From assembly GCA_017601245.1 (NCBI GenBank), contig JAFNJB010000053.1:16501-80500 (forward strand): a DNA stretch of 64,000 bases. Reading direction: 5' to 3'. The position numbers and the translations under genes were made by a program. The notes below the pieces were generated by a model, which worked only from the letters and a program-made list of their open reading frames with translations, did not search any database and had not been told where the DNA came from. The stretch is from Candidatus Brockarchaeota archaeon (GTDB lineage Archaea > Thermoproteota > EX4484-205 > JAAOZP01). Shown piece by piece: positions 1-9,997 of the stretch; within the stretch, counting starts at the first letter, position 1; each line of letters starts with the position of its first letter.

Positions 1-425
1 TTAACCTCCTGTAAAGCTTCTTGAATACGATTTATACGTTCCTCTTTACTCTTAACTCCATTTACTATCAAAGGTTCTTCAAGTATTCTCCTAACAGGGA
101 AAAACGGGTTAAAACTGCTGAAGGGGTCTTGATAAATCATCTGGGCTTCCCTACGGTACCATTTTAAATCTTTACCGGATAGATGAGTTATGTCTCTACC
201 ATCGTAAATTAACCTCCCGAAGGTGGGTTCTATAAGTCTTAAACATGTCTTGCCCAGGGTGGTCTTTCCACACCCTGATTCACCTACTAGAGCTAAAGAT
301 TCGCCTTTTAAGAGGTTGAAACTAACACCGTCGACAGCTTTGGCGTAAAGAGGCGTCTTAAATAACCTCTTTATCGGGAACCACACTTTTAGATTTTCTA
401 CTTGTAGTATTGTCTTATTACTCAA
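1..425 (-). CDS. ABC transporter ATP-binding protein (OppF-like), N-terminal part; the gene runs off the window edge
   Basis: The reverse-strand translation from a TTG at 425 reads SNKTILQVENLKVWF...VDGVSFNLLKGESLALVGESGCGKTTLGK (Walker A). It overlaps the stop of the upstream OppD-like gene by a few nt, which is typical of an oppDF pair. Confidence 0.75.
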   Translation of the reverse strand, partial: MSNKTILQVENLKVWFPIKRLFKTPLYAKAVDGVSFNLLKGESLALVGESGCGKTTLGKTCLRLIEPTFGRLIYDGRDITHLSGKDLKWYRREAQMIYQDPFSSFNPFFPVRRILEEPLIVNGVKSKEERINRIQEALQEV

Positions 426-1389
426 CTATATCACCCTTATATAACCAACACGCAACTTTTCCATTACTGGCAGTAAGAAGAGGTGGTTCCTCAACTCTAC
501 ATATGTCCATTGCGTAGGGGCATCTTGGATGGAACCTACATCCCGGCGGTGGATCAATAAGATCTGGAGGTGCACCCGGTATAAACTCGAGAGTTTTATC
601 GCTTCGTAACGTTGGTATGCTTGCAATGAGCTTTTGAGTATACGGATGTTTAGGCGTTGCATATATTTGTTCAGCATTCCCATATTCAACTATTTTTCCG
701 CCGTACATTACTACAACCCTGTCTGCAAGTTCGCTTGCTACAGCCAGATCATGTGTTATGAATATATAAGATAAGCCTTTTTCATTTTTAAGTCTCTTGA
801 GAAGATTAATTATGTTAGCCTGAGTTATAACATCGAGTGCTGAAGTAGGTTCGTCAAGTATGACTATTTGAGGATTGAGAACCAATGCCATTGCGATAAC
901 AACTCTTTGCTTCATGCCTCCGCTAAGTTCGTGAGGATATCGATCAGCTATAAATTCAGGCAATCGAACTAATTCCAGAGATTTTTTAGCTATGGCTAGA
1001 GCCTCCTTTTTAGAAAGCCTCTTATCATGCTCCAAAAGTGCCTCTGCTATCTGGAATCCTATCTTCAACACAGGGTTTAGAGAATTCATAGCTCCTTGGA
1101 ATACCATAGATATTTTTCTCCAAAGGATTCTTTCTCTCAAAGTCTTCTCGTCAAGCTTACTGATATCCTCATTATCCACTATAATACTGCCTTGATAAGT
1201 ATTCACGTTCCTAGGTAGAAGCCTCATTAGTGCTATCGCCATAGAGGATTTTCCACACCCTGATTCACCTACGACGGCAAGAGTTTCCCCCTTATTTAAA
1301 GCGAAACTGATATTGTCAACTGCCTTGACTACTCCTTTCTTAGTACTGTAATACAGTTTTAAGTTTTTAACCTGAAGAATCTCGCTCAA
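418..1389 (-). CDS. oligopeptide/dipeptide ABC transporter ATP-binding protein (OppD/DppD-like)
   Basis: Walker A GESGCGKS, ABC signature LSGGMKQR, Walker B ILDEPTSALD and a C-terminal oligopeptide-ABC extension, in 323 aa. Confidence 0.9.
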   Translation of the reverse strand: MSEILQVKNLKLYYSTKKGVVKAVDNISFALNKGETLAVVGESGCGKSSMAIALMRLLPRNVNTYQGSIIVDNEDISKLDEKTLRERILWRKISMVFQGAMNSLNPVLKIGFQIAEALLEHDKRLSKKEALAIAKKSLELVRLPEFIADRYPHELSGGMKQRVVIAMALVLNPQIVILDEPTSALDVITQANIINLLKRLKNEKGLSYIFITHDLAVASELADRVVVMYGGKIVEYGNAEQIYATPKHPYTQKLIASIPTLRSDKTLEFIPGAPPDLIDPPPGCRFHPRCPYAMDICRVEEPPLLTASNGKVACWLYKGDIVE

Positions 1390-1392
1390 TAC

Positions 1393-2775
1393 TCATCTCT
1401 CCCTAAGTCTCGGATTCACCACCTTATCAAGCGCTAACCCTATGAAGGCGAAAGCGATTGCCGTCATTATTATTAGCGTTGAAGGTATTAACACCCACCA
1501 CCATAATCCATGAACCACAGCACCGCCTTCAAAAGCATCGCTTATAATCTTGCCCCAAGTAGGCATTGCTGGGTCTCCAAGACCTAATAAGCTTAAGGCG
1601 GCTTCAAGAAAAACATACGAAGGAACCGACAATACTATATTGGCTACAGTATATGGTAAAAGCCTGGGTAAAATATGCAGTAACATTATCCTCTTTCTAC
1701 TAGCTCCATAAGAGACAGCAGCTTCAATATATTGTTCATTCATTACCTGAAGTGCCATGCTTCTAGCAGTTTTAGTAGCGCCTCCGAATATACTTAAAGC
1801 TACGACTATAGCTAAAAGTGTCCATATATTTATCTTGTATATGACAGATATTGTTATGAGTATCGGCAGGAAGGGAATAATCATGTAGATGTCTGTGACA
1901 CGCTGAATAATTTCGTCAACTAGACCTCCATACCACGCGCTTAAGGTTCCTAAGAGAGTTTGAATGAAGCTTGTAAGAATCGCTGCTATAAGCCCAAATG
2001 CCAATGCTACTGGTGCACCCCATACTATACCTACAAATAGGTCTCTTCTCTTACTGTCTGTGCCAGCTAGACCATAAACCCTCCCATAAACTATAAGCTT
2101 TGAATCAATAGTTGCGTTCCTACTTGTGGTTTCAGCCTCGATTTTAAACCTATAGGTGCCCCTTAAAATATTAAAACCGCCAGAAGGGTTTAAGTCGGAG
2201 AACAACAATACCTCTGGCTTGATTGTATCCGGCGGAACTGTGCCGAGCTTAGCCATAGTGTTTAACAATCCTTCTTTGACGTCCTTTCTAGTACAGAAGT
2301 AAATTGGATTAATGCCATCGTTAACTACCAATCGAGATAAATAGATTTCGACACCATTAGGCTGAATCCATTTAAGGGTTACAAGCATTCCATTACTATT
2401 GTTAACATATAGTATAGCATTTACCTCAGAGGGATAGTATTCGTAGAGATAGTCCAGCTTGGCTTCAAGCACGATATGTTTTAAGCCTGCAGTTTCAACA
2501 TAGTAATCGTATTTTGCGAAGTCCTTCTCTCCTATTATTATCGTTTCAGGCAGTTTTTTGCTCAGAAAAAAATTAATCCATGAGGGAGGAGCCAGCCTCG
2601 GATTAAACTGCCAAAACGTGATATCGTTCCATTTAGAGGAAATATCGAAAGGTACGTAAACCAAGGCTATAATTGAAAGTCCGATGATTATCGTCAATAT
2701 TAATACTCCAGTAAGACCAGGTTTTGAGCGAAATATTGCATCAAAAATATCCTTAGATCCTCCGGTTATGCTCAA
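1393..2775 (-). CDS. ABC transporter permease (OppC/DppC-like) with a large N-terminal extracytoplasmic domain
   Basis: The C-terminal half holds the permease EAA-like region (EAAVSYGASRKRIM) and multiple TM helices. About 250 aa of non-TM sequence follow TM1. It lies within the opp-like operon. Confidence 0.8.
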   Translation of the reverse strand: MSITGGSKDIFDAIFRSKPGLTGVLILTIIIGLSIIALVYVPFDISSKWNDITFWQFNPRLAPPSWINFFLSKKLPETIIIGEKDFAKYDYYVETAGLKHIVLEAKLDYLYEYYPSEVNAILYVNNSNGMLVTLKWIQPNGVEIYLSRLVVNDGINPIYFCTRKDVKEGLLNTMAKLGTVPPDTIKPEVLLFSDLNPSGGFNILRGTYRFKIEAETTSRNATIDSKLIVYGRVYGLAGTDSKRRDLFVGIVWGAPVALAFGLIAAILTSFIQTLLGTLSAWYGGLVDEIIQRVTDIYMIIPFLPILITISVIYKINIWTLLAIVVALSIFGGATKTARSMALQVMNEQYIEAAVSYGASRKRIMLLHILPRLLPYTVANIVLSVPSYVFLEAALSLLGLGDPAMPTWGKIISDAFEGGAVVHGLWWWVLIPSTLIIMTAIAFAFIGLALDKVVNPRLRER

Positions 2776-2776
2776 T

Positions 2777-3844
2777 CTAAGCTACACCCCTAATTCTTGG
2801 ATCCATAAGGCTATAAGTCAAATCTAGAACTAGTACGGTAACTACAAGGAGGTAAGCGTAAACTACAGCTAAACCTATGATTACAGGCGCGTCAAGAGCG
2901 CTTATGGCTTGACTGTAAAGACTTCCCAAACCAGGCCAGTTAAAAACGGTTTCCGTTATTATAGCGCCTTGCCATGAAGTTATTAGTGAAAGAGATATCG
3001 AGGTAACTATCGGAGGCAAGCTTGGCCTCAAAATATGGCGGCGCATAACAATTCCCTCGGGCAATCCCTTGGCCTTGGCCGTTATCACAAAATCTTCTTC
3101 GGCAATTTGAACCATCAGGTTTCTGGCTATGTATGCCCAAGCACCAAAGAGCGAGAACACCCATGTAAATAATGGAAGTGACGCATGGTAAAGTATATCC
3201 AAAAAGTATCCCAGAGGATCCTGTGGAGGGGGTACGCTTGCAATCCCGCCGAATGGTGTAAGACCGAGGTAATAGGAGAAAACCATTATAAATAGTATTC
3301 CGAAAAACCATGGTGGAATAACCTCCGTTACTATGGCAAAAATCGAGAATATTTTATCGAATAATCCTCCTGGCTTCTTAGTCATGTAAACACCTACGAG
3401 CAAACCTATAATCGAATAAAGAACTGTTCCTGTAGTAAACAATAATACGGTTATAGGAAGTCTTTCTAATATTATGTCTGCTACACGCTTAGAGCCGCTA
3501 GCGCTCGTTATGAATATAGCTCTTCCGAGGTTTAGTGTTAAAGCATCTATAAGGTAGTAGAAACTACGCTCTATGAAAGGCTTATCTAACCCTTTAGCTT
3601 TTATGGCTGATTCAAATCTCTCGTTAATAATCCTTGTCTTCTCTTCTTCTGGAAGTTGTGCCCAGCCTTGGGTTCTGGCCAAGTTAGTAGTTATATCATA
3701 CTTTATTTGCGCTGAGAGTATTTCATCTATATATCCTCCAGCATTAGCAATTACAATAGTTATGTAGGTTGCTATTATCAGCGTCCCAAATAGAAGGGTT
3801 ATTCTCTTAGCCAGGTATCTGAGTATAGACGTGGCTCCACGCAT
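2777..3844 (-). CDS. ABC transporter permease (OppB/DppB-like)
   Basis: 355 aa with 6 predicted TM helices and a permease signature region (AKAKGLPEGIVMRRHILR). It sits 1 nt after the OppC-like gene. Confidence 0.8.
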   Translation of the reverse strand: MRGATSILRYLAKRITLLFGTLIIATYITIVIANAGGYIDEILSAQIKYDITTNLARTQGWAQLPEEEKTRIINERFESAIKAKGLDKPFIERSFYYLIDALTLNLGRAIFITSASGSKRVADIILERLPITVLLFTTGTVLYSIIGLLVGVYMTKKPGGLFDKIFSIFAIVTEVIPPWFFGILFIMVFSYYLGLTPFGGIASVPPPQDPLGYFLDILYHASLPLFTWVFSLFGAWAYIARNLMVQIAEEDFVITAKAKGLPEGIVMRRHILRPSLPPIVTSISLSLITSWQGAIITETVFNWPGLGSLYSQAISALDAPVIIGLAVVYAYLLVVTVLVLDLTYSLMDPRIRGVA

Positions 3845-3924
3845 GCTTAGTAATCCCTCTTAGAATAAAAAACTAATATTTAAGTGTTAAAAAGGAAAGA
3901 AAAATGAGGAAAGAGTTTGTTCTT

Positions 3925-6537
3925 TTATTTCTTTCTGAGCAATAGGATTAATGCTACTAAAGCTAATAGGATGCTTAGTGCCGCAAGTACTATGCTGATA
4001 TTGACTATGCTCTCCATTGAATTTAATCTGTTTCTAAGTTCAGAAACGGATTCGGATAATGTTTCTATACGATTTTCGAGGGTCAAGATCTTTGTTGAAA
4101 GCTCAGCCCTTAGGCTTTCCGAGAGGCTTTCAAAGTATGAGATGGCTGGAGTTACTGTGAAGGTGTACTCGGTCAAGTATGGGAGTGCAGCTTCTTCACC
4201 TACTGCTATAAGCTTTAACGAGTATACTCCAGCAGCTAGTTTAGAAGTGTCTTCGCCCGTAAGCTCTATTTTGAAAACACCGCCACCGTAAGCTCTAGCT
4301 ATGCCAGAGGCTACTAGATTACCGGACGCGTCTGTTAAGAGGTATTTGACAGATGCCCTATCATATGGTTGACCGGCTACCTCCGAACGAAGGGAGAAGC
4401 CTGCAGCCAAGCCTGAAACCACTTTTTCAGGAGCATCAGTGACTCTTACATTAGGAATCTTAACCGTGAGCATAGTGTCCCATTTATCGGCTTTAAACGG
4501 ATATTCTCTGAAGGCTTCGAGCGTGACTTGAAGAGCAGTTGTGTCAGCTGATGCAAAGACGTAGGGACCATTACTGACCCAGAAGTGTCCCCTCGTCTTG
4601 TAGAAGGATTTGAGTGCAGACCATCTTGCAGCAGCTTCACTCGCATCGACAAAGCCTTCGAGCTCTGGTGGAATATAGTTCTCTTGAATCGTAGCTAGTA
4701 TCTCAGAAAGTATGTTTAAAGAAGAGCCTTTCGTGAAGTCCAGCTGATCTACACCCCATTCGTCAGCCATGTCTACGGACCATGCTACCTTCTTATCAAG
4801 CACCGCCTTATTTGCAAGAACCAGAAGCTCCCACGGAGTATCTGTCCAAACACTTGCCGTAGAGGCAATGTAACTTTTATCCACATGCCAGTAGTCGAGG
4901 TATACTTCGACAGTATCGTCTGATACGAATCTCAATCCCTTAAAAGTTTTGACGAAAATCGTCCTGCCCGGAGAAGCGGCCACAGGATCGTACAGAGGCG
5001 ATGTTTCTACAGTAACTTTAAAGGTTTCAGCTATACCGTATAGTATATCAGCCTTAGTTATGGGCTGTCCATGATGCCACTTGCCCCAGGTAATCTTAAA
5101 AGTCACCTTGCTTGTTGCATTTACGCCAGGGCCAACGGGCTTGAACTTCTCACTCGTAAGATCGTATTTTAAAGCATCGCTTGGAACATCCAGCTTACCG
5201 TCGGGGCCTGCTGTCTCCACGGTGAAGCTTGTCCTAATAGGTATGTATAGCCCAGTATGCGGGTGTGGAAAGACTCCAGCATCAGCCACAAGGTAGTAGA
5301 CATACACGTCGTAAAGCCAGGAGAAACCTGCTATCGGGTTAAAGCCTTCTATGAACATTGCACGATTACCCAGCTTAATGTCTCCCCCTGCTCCCGTCTT
5401 GTATCTTAGTGTTCTGAGGTACCAGAAGCTCTGACCACCGCCATACAGGTCGATCACCTTGTCCCCAAGCTTGCTAGATGCTGGAACCGGCTGAATCTGA
5501 TCGACAATCCACACATGGACACTGTCTTCCAAAGATAATTCACAGATTCGCTTTAATAATTCTATTCTTTCTTCCATTGACTTGTACTCTGCATTGTTTA
5601 ACTTGTCCAATGCTTCTCTAAGTAATGGTAAGCCTCTATACTCTTCGAAAATTGGCGCATTATCTGGAGAATAGAGGAACCAAGGATCGCTGTCATCGTA
5701 TGCCGTTATGCCGGTAAATGCCCATCCTGCTGTGTAAATGTGCCATTCACCTCTTTTCGAAGGCTCATATGAACCCCAAAGTAGGAATGCGTCACGACTT
5801 CTCTTATAGAGTCTATTCACAGTAAACCCTATTTTTTCAAGTTGGTTGGCAATGTAGTCACCAAAGTCCTTTCTTTCATCCTCAGGCCTTATTAGAAAGT
5901 TTATTGTTATCGGTTCACCCTCATAGTACCACTTGCCATCCTTATACTCTGCTCCTGCTTTAGCTAATGCTTCGAAGATTTGGCTCTTAGCCTTATCGAA
6001 ATTGTACGCGTATTTTGCCTCGAGTATTTTGGCATAGTCTACAATCCTTGAATAATCTGGAGAAACCGCTCTGAAAATCGTCCATCTGGGAACAGCCCTG
6101 CCTTTGAATATCTCGTTAACTATGTAGTTCCGGTCTATAAGCCAGTTTAAAGCTTCCCTGACTTCTCTTATGGTGAAGGGATTGAACCCTCCAGTTGTCT
6201 CGAGCGGGTTTATTAGCAGCTCATTCGCTCCACCATAGGTCTTTATGAGATCTACCTCCGCAGACTCCTCTGCCTTTTGAATGTTTTCACTCAATCTCAA
6301 GTAATAGAGCCATGCCGTCATCTCGCCTTTCTCGATCATGGGAACTACCTGCGTTTCATCAGCCTGAAGGAATATTATCACTCTGTCTGGAAATGGGCCA
6401 TATGGTACTTCGGGTGCTGCACTTAAAGGTATAATCTGCACTGTAAAGAGAACTACTAATAAAAACATTGAGGATGATAGAACTGTTTTTCTAACACATT
6501 TAACTTCTTTCATGGTCATATAGGAATTATTTATCAT
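3925..6537 (-). CDS. extracellular solute-binding protein, family 5 (OppA-like), with an N-terminal signal peptide and a C-terminal coiled-coil plus TM anchor
   Basis: 870 aa with N-terminal hydrophobic signal (LSSSMFLLVVLFTVQIIPLSAAP). The central region resembles family-5 SBPs. The C terminus has a heptad coiled coil (LRAELSTKILTLENRIETLSESVSELRNRL) followed by a TM helix and KK. It is the first gene of the opp-like operon. Confidence 0.75.
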   Translation of the reverse strand: MINNSYMTMKEVKCVRKTVLSSSMFLLVVLFTVQIIPLSAAPEVPYGPFPDRVIIFLQADETQVVPMIEKGEMTAWLYYLRLSENIQKAEESAEVDLIKTYGGANELLINPLETTGGFNPFTIREVREALNWLIDRNYIVNEIFKGRAVPRWTIFRAVSPDYSRIVDYAKILEAKYAYNFDKAKSQIFEALAKAGAEYKDGKWYYEGEPITINFLIRPEDERKDFGDYIANQLEKIGFTVNRLYKRSRDAFLLWGSYEPSKRGEWHIYTAGWAFTGITAYDDSDPWFLYSPDNAPIFEEYRGLPLLREALDKLNNAEYKSMEERIELLKRICELSLEDSVHVWIVDQIQPVPASSKLGDKVIDLYGGGQSFWYLRTLRYKTGAGGDIKLGNRAMFIEGFNPIAGFSWLYDVYVYYLVADAGVFPHPHTGLYIPIRTSFTVETAGPDGKLDVPSDALKYDLTSEKFKPVGPGVNATSKVTFKITWGKWHHGQPITKADILYGIAETFKVTVETSPLYDPVAASPGRTIFVKTFKGLRFVSDDTVEVYLDYWHVDKSYIASTASVWTDTPWELLVLANKAVLDKKVAWSVDMADEWGVDQLDFTKGSSLNILSEILATIQENYIPPELEGFVDASEAAARWSALKSFYKTRGHFWVSNGPYVFASADTTALQVTLEAFREYPFKADKWDTMLTVKIPNVRVTDAPEKVVSGLAAGFSLRSEVAGQPYDRASVKYLLTDASGNLVASGIARAYGGGVFKIELTGEDTSKLAAGVYSLKLIAVGEEAALPYLTEYTFTVTPAISYFESLSESLRAELSTKILTLENRIETLSESVSELRNRLNSMESIVNISIVLAALSILLALVALILLLRKK

Positions 6538-6626
6538 CTTAAAAAATCTTTCCTTAGAGCTATTACACGCTGTAACCGATGGTAAGCAAGACGAGTTTCA
6601 ATCATTCCCTCCATGTTCCCAGCGCT

Positions 6627-7496
6627 TTAAATTCTTAATCCATACAACGAGCCTCTTAAGGCCTCAAGCTGGTTAATTTCTACATTCAAGTATTCTGCAG
6701 TGGACTTTAAGTCCACACCAATTTTCTCAGCCTCTTTGAGCAGGTCTTTTAGATGTTTCTTCCACTCTAAGTCCCTAAGCAGGTGATGATCTAATATTAT
6801 CGTCGAGGGAAAAGCTTCCCTCATTGTTTTAACAATATTTCTAAGGCTCGCCTCCAAAGCTTCAACGGGATAGTTTATACCTAACATATAAGTTGAGGGT
6901 CCGTCTACGAAAATTACATCTGGCTTCTTGTCTATTACGAATTTGATTTGAGAATCTAATGGGAAACCCTGTACATCGCTCGTGAATAAGAAGCTTTGGG
7001 AGGAATCCTTGACTCTCAGCTCTACTACGTAGCCTAGATGATCATCAGGACCATGGGGAACAGGATGGGAGAATTCAAGGCTAGTCTCACCAAAGAAATA
7101 CTCCCTACCGTCTGCAGTAAGAACTTGTGCAGCAATGGGTCTAATCTTTTCCAGAAAAATTCTTGCCCTTGTTCTCTGGTTGAAGTTTATCATGTTTTCA
7201 GGATCCTTGACTATTACTATCCTCCCACCGTAGATCTCTTCTAGGAATCTTGTTGAACTATGATGGTCGTAATGATAATGTGTTACTACGATGACTTCAC
7301 AATCCCTTGCTACAGAAGCTATTTTCTTCCAATACTCTTCGAGGAGCTCAAGCTCTTTCCGGTGGGGTGGTAGGCCGTATCTACGAGGTGCAACGGCTGC
7401 AGCTGGGTCTATAATTAGCTTGAGGTCTCTGGTTTCAACTAGTGTCGCCATGCTTCTTACACCCATCGAGTCAGAGCATAGTGGCTCTATCTTCAA
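6627..7496 (-). CDS. metallo-beta-lactamase-fold protein (UPF0282-like)
   Basis: VTHYHYDHH matches the HxHxDH metal-binding motif of the MBL fold, in 289 aa. Confidence 0.6.
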   Translation of the reverse strand: MKIEPLCSDSMGVRSMATLVETRDLKLIIDPAAAVAPRRYGLPPHRKELELLEEYWKKIASVARDCEVIVVTHYHYDHHSSTRFLEEIYGGRIVIVKDPENMINFNQRTRARIFLEKIRPIAAQVLTADGREYFFGETSLEFSHPVPHGPDDHLGYVVELRVKDSSQSFLFTSDVQGFPLDSQIKFVIDKKPDVIFVDGPSTYMLGINYPVEALEASLRNIVKTMREAFPSTIILDHHLLRDLEWKKHLKDLLKEAEKIGVDLKSTAEYLNVEINQLEALRGSLYGLRI

Positions 7497-7577
7497 TCGT
7501 GTACATTAAATCGAAAAACAATCCCAGGATAAATATTTTCTAAAGAGGAGGTTCTAAGTGTTATCTCTTATAGATTC

Positions 7578-7877
7578 CTACTCTACTCCCTTGACCCACT
7601 TTGAGAATTCTAAAGCCTTCTTTAAAATCCCCTTCTTTATAAGAGAGCAATAAACTTCTCTCCCCTTCTTAACAGTCTTTACTAATCCGGCGTTTTCAAG
7701 AATTCTAATATGGTATGAAACAGTTGGTTGGGAAAGGTTGAATTTTTCGACTATGCCCGTTATCATCATGCTTTCGCTCTCTATTATTGAGAGTATTCTC
7801 AATCGAGTCGGGTCTGCAAGGGCCTTAAACACTTTAGCTGCTTGCTTATATTCTTCATCCTCTTTTTTAACAGACAA
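7578..7877 (-). CDS. ArsR-family winged-helix transcriptional regulator
   Basis: ADPTRLRILSII...ITGIVEKFNLSQPTVSYHIRILENAGLV is a classic ArsR/SmtB HTH, in 99 aa. Confidence 0.8.
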   Translation of the reverse strand: MSVKKEDEEYKQAAKVFKALADPTRLRILSIIESESMMITGIVEKFNLSQPTVSYHIRILENAGLVKTVKKGREVYCSLIKKGILKKALEFSKWVKGVE

Positions 7878-8008
7878 CTCACTTCGTTAATAGAATTCTA
7901 GAGATTAATATATAAATCTTTTGGAGCAAGATTGATAAAGAGAAAAGCCGTTAAAAGTATTGTTTGAAAATAAAAGTCTTAAGTTAAATATATTTTCAAA
8001 TCTATTTT

Positions 8009-9445
8009 TCAACCGCGGGCGATTTCGTCTATGAGACTACCGTTATGGTCATAAAGTTGAATCCTAACCGGCATTCTTCCTATGGCATGTGTTGCACAGC
8101 TAAGGCAAGGGTCTAAGGCGCGTACGACTGCTTCGACTTTATTGAGCATTCCCTCGTTAAGCTTTTTTCCATTCACGTATTTCTTAGCAACCTGAGCTAC
8201 GGCTTTGTTAAAAGCAATATTGTTATTTACAGTTGCGATTATAAGGTTGACCCATGTTATTCTACCCTGCTCATCAACTTTATAATGGTGGAATAATGTG
8301 CCCCTTGGTGCTTCAATAACTCCCACACCCTCTCTCTTGTTGAGAGATGCTTTCGCTTGGACTTCGGTGCTTAAGATCTCAGGATCCTGAAGCAGTTCCT
8401 TAACTTTCTCTATGCAGAAAACGATTTCTATCAAGCGTGCATAGTGGTACATGAAAGTGTTTTGGACAACTCCATTCTTTCCAAGCTTCTTGAATTCTTT
8501 GAGAAGATTATCTGCCATCTCGGTTCCGCAATGTGAAGCATTATTCAGCCTTGCTAACGGGCCTACTCTATATGCACCATCGGGATAACCTACATTCTTC
8601 AAATAGGGGAACTTCATGTAAGACCAGTCTTCAACAGCCTCGCCAATATATTCGAAATATTTAGAAGGGTCTAACTGATCCGCAACAACTTTACCCTCTG
8701 GGCTTAGAATCCTTATATTACCATCATAATGTTCAAGACCACCGTCTTTCGTCACGAGACTCATATAGTAAGTCTGGAAATCGCCGAAGTCCCTCATCTC
8801 GTTTTTAAAGTTCTCCATATTCTTATTGAAGAGTTCAATACTGTTTAAAGCGATTTCAATAGCCTTAGGCACGTCCGCAAGTATCTTGTCAACACCCTCT
8901 TTGGATAATGGTGTTTTTACTCCGCCCGGCACTATCCAATCGCTCGAGTGTATCCTCCTCCCGGAGAGTGTTTCGATTATACTCTGCCCAAACTTCCTAA
9001 GCCAAACTCCCTGTTTAGCGATCTCAGGATATTTCTCAGCTAGACCAAGGATGTTTCTCTTAGATGGTTCCGAATCCAAGCCGAGAAGGAAATCTGGAGA
9101 AGATAGGTAGAAGAAGCTTAATGCATGCGACTGGATTATCTGACCCATGTGCATAAGCCTTCGGAGAAGCTCCGCAGTCCTTGGTATTTTCACTGCTAAA
9201 AGGTCGTCGCACGCCTTGGCTGAAGCGAGCAGGTGGCTTACTGGACATATGCCACATATCCTCGATGTTATCCCTGGCATTTCATAGAAGGGTCTTCCTT
9301 CACAGAACTTTTCAAATCCTCTGAAATCGGTTACGTGAAAACGTGCATCTTTAACCATTCCCTCCTCATCTAGATGTATCGTTATCTTAGCATGGCCCTC
9401 TATCCTTGTCACGGGGCTTATAATTATCTCCCTGCTCATTTCCAA
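8009..9445 (-). CDS. hoxH: [NiFe]-hydrogenase large subunit (HoxH-like, cytoplasmic group 3)
   Basis: The N-terminal RICGICPVSH (RxCGxC) and C-terminal DPCLSCATH (DPCxxCxxH) Ni-binding motifs are present. A short C-terminal tail suits protease processing. 478 aa. Confidence 0.9.
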   Translation of the reverse strand: MEMSREIIISPVTRIEGHAKITIHLDEEGMVKDARFHVTDFRGFEKFCEGRPFYEMPGITSRICGICPVSHLLASAKACDDLLAVKIPRTAELLRRLMHMGQIIQSHALSFFYLSSPDFLLGLDSEPSKRNILGLAEKYPEIAKQGVWLRKFGQSIIETLSGRRIHSSDWIVPGGVKTPLSKEGVDKILADVPKAIEIALNSIELFNKNMENFKNEMRDFGDFQTYYMSLVTKDGGLEHYDGNIRILSPEGKVVADQLDPSKYFEYIGEAVEDWSYMKFPYLKNVGYPDGAYRVGPLARLNNASHCGTEMADNLLKEFKKLGKNGVVQNTFMYHYARLIEIVFCIEKVKELLQDPEILSTEVQAKASLNKREGVGVIEAPRGTLFHHYKVDEQGRITWVNLIIATVNNNIAFNKAVAQVAKKYVNGKKLNEGMLNKVEAVVRALDPCLSCATHAIGRMPVRIQLYDHNGSLIDEIARG

Positions 9446-9451
9446 CTCCTC

Positions 9452-9997
9452 CTAACCGTATTTAAACCTCCCTTCTAAAGGTGGGACTCTTCCCTCGAGC
9501 AACTCGTTTAAAACATAGTTTATCAAATTGGCTGGTGGTGGGCAGCCTGGAATGTAGAAGTCTACTTTGACAACCTCGTTTAAAGCCAAGACTCTTTTAA
9601 GAAGCCTAGGGACATTGGTAGGAGCGTTTTGCTTAATGGTCGCGTTCTCAACATACGCCCTCTCCAAAACCTCTTCAACGCTATTGTTTAAACTGTTTCT
9701 CAACGCGGTTACATTGCCGTTTACAGCGCAGTCTCCGAGTGCTATTAGCATTTTCGTATTCTTCCTGATTTTCTTCAAAAGTTCTAATTGTTCCTCATTA
9801 CCAACCGCTCCTTCAACCAACGTTATGTCAACGTTTTCAGGAAAATCCTTAATATCTGCAATCGGACTGTAGACGAGCTCAATCTTTCCTGCGAGCTCTA
9901 ATAGTTTCTCATCTTGATCTAAGAACGACATGTGGCAGCCAGAACAGCCGCTCAACCAGACTGTTGCAAGCCTTACCTTAGCCAATTGTCTTCTCAC
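9452..9997 (-). CDS. hoxY: [NiFe]-hydrogenase small subunit (HoxY / delta-like)
   Basis: ATVWLSGCSGCHMSFLD is the proximal-cluster motif of cytoplasmic hydrogenase small subunits. 181 aa. A GTG or TTG start overlaps the upstream stop. Confidence 0.85.
   Translation of the reverse strand: MRRQLAKVRLATVWLSGCSGCHMSFLDQDEKLLELAGKIELVYSPIADIKDFPENVDITLVEGAVGNEEQLELLKKIRKNTKMLIALGDCAVNGNVTALRNSLNNSVEEVLERAYVENATIKQNAPTNVPRLLKRVLALNEVVKVDFYIPGCPPPANLINYVLNELLEGRVPPLEGRFKYG

Noticed and set aside
2940-3311. 123-aa minus-strand ORF within the OppB-like permease gene (alternate frame)
   Set aside because: It is fully contained in the permease gene in a different frame. The permease frame gives the expected TM pattern.
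8826-9110. 94-aa plus-strand ORF and 9060..9257 minus ORF inside hoxH; similar shadow ORFs inside hoxF and hoxE (11210..11407, 11660..11905, 12225..12558)
   Set aside because: They overlap strongly supported hydrogenase and diaphorase genes in other frames and have no motifs.
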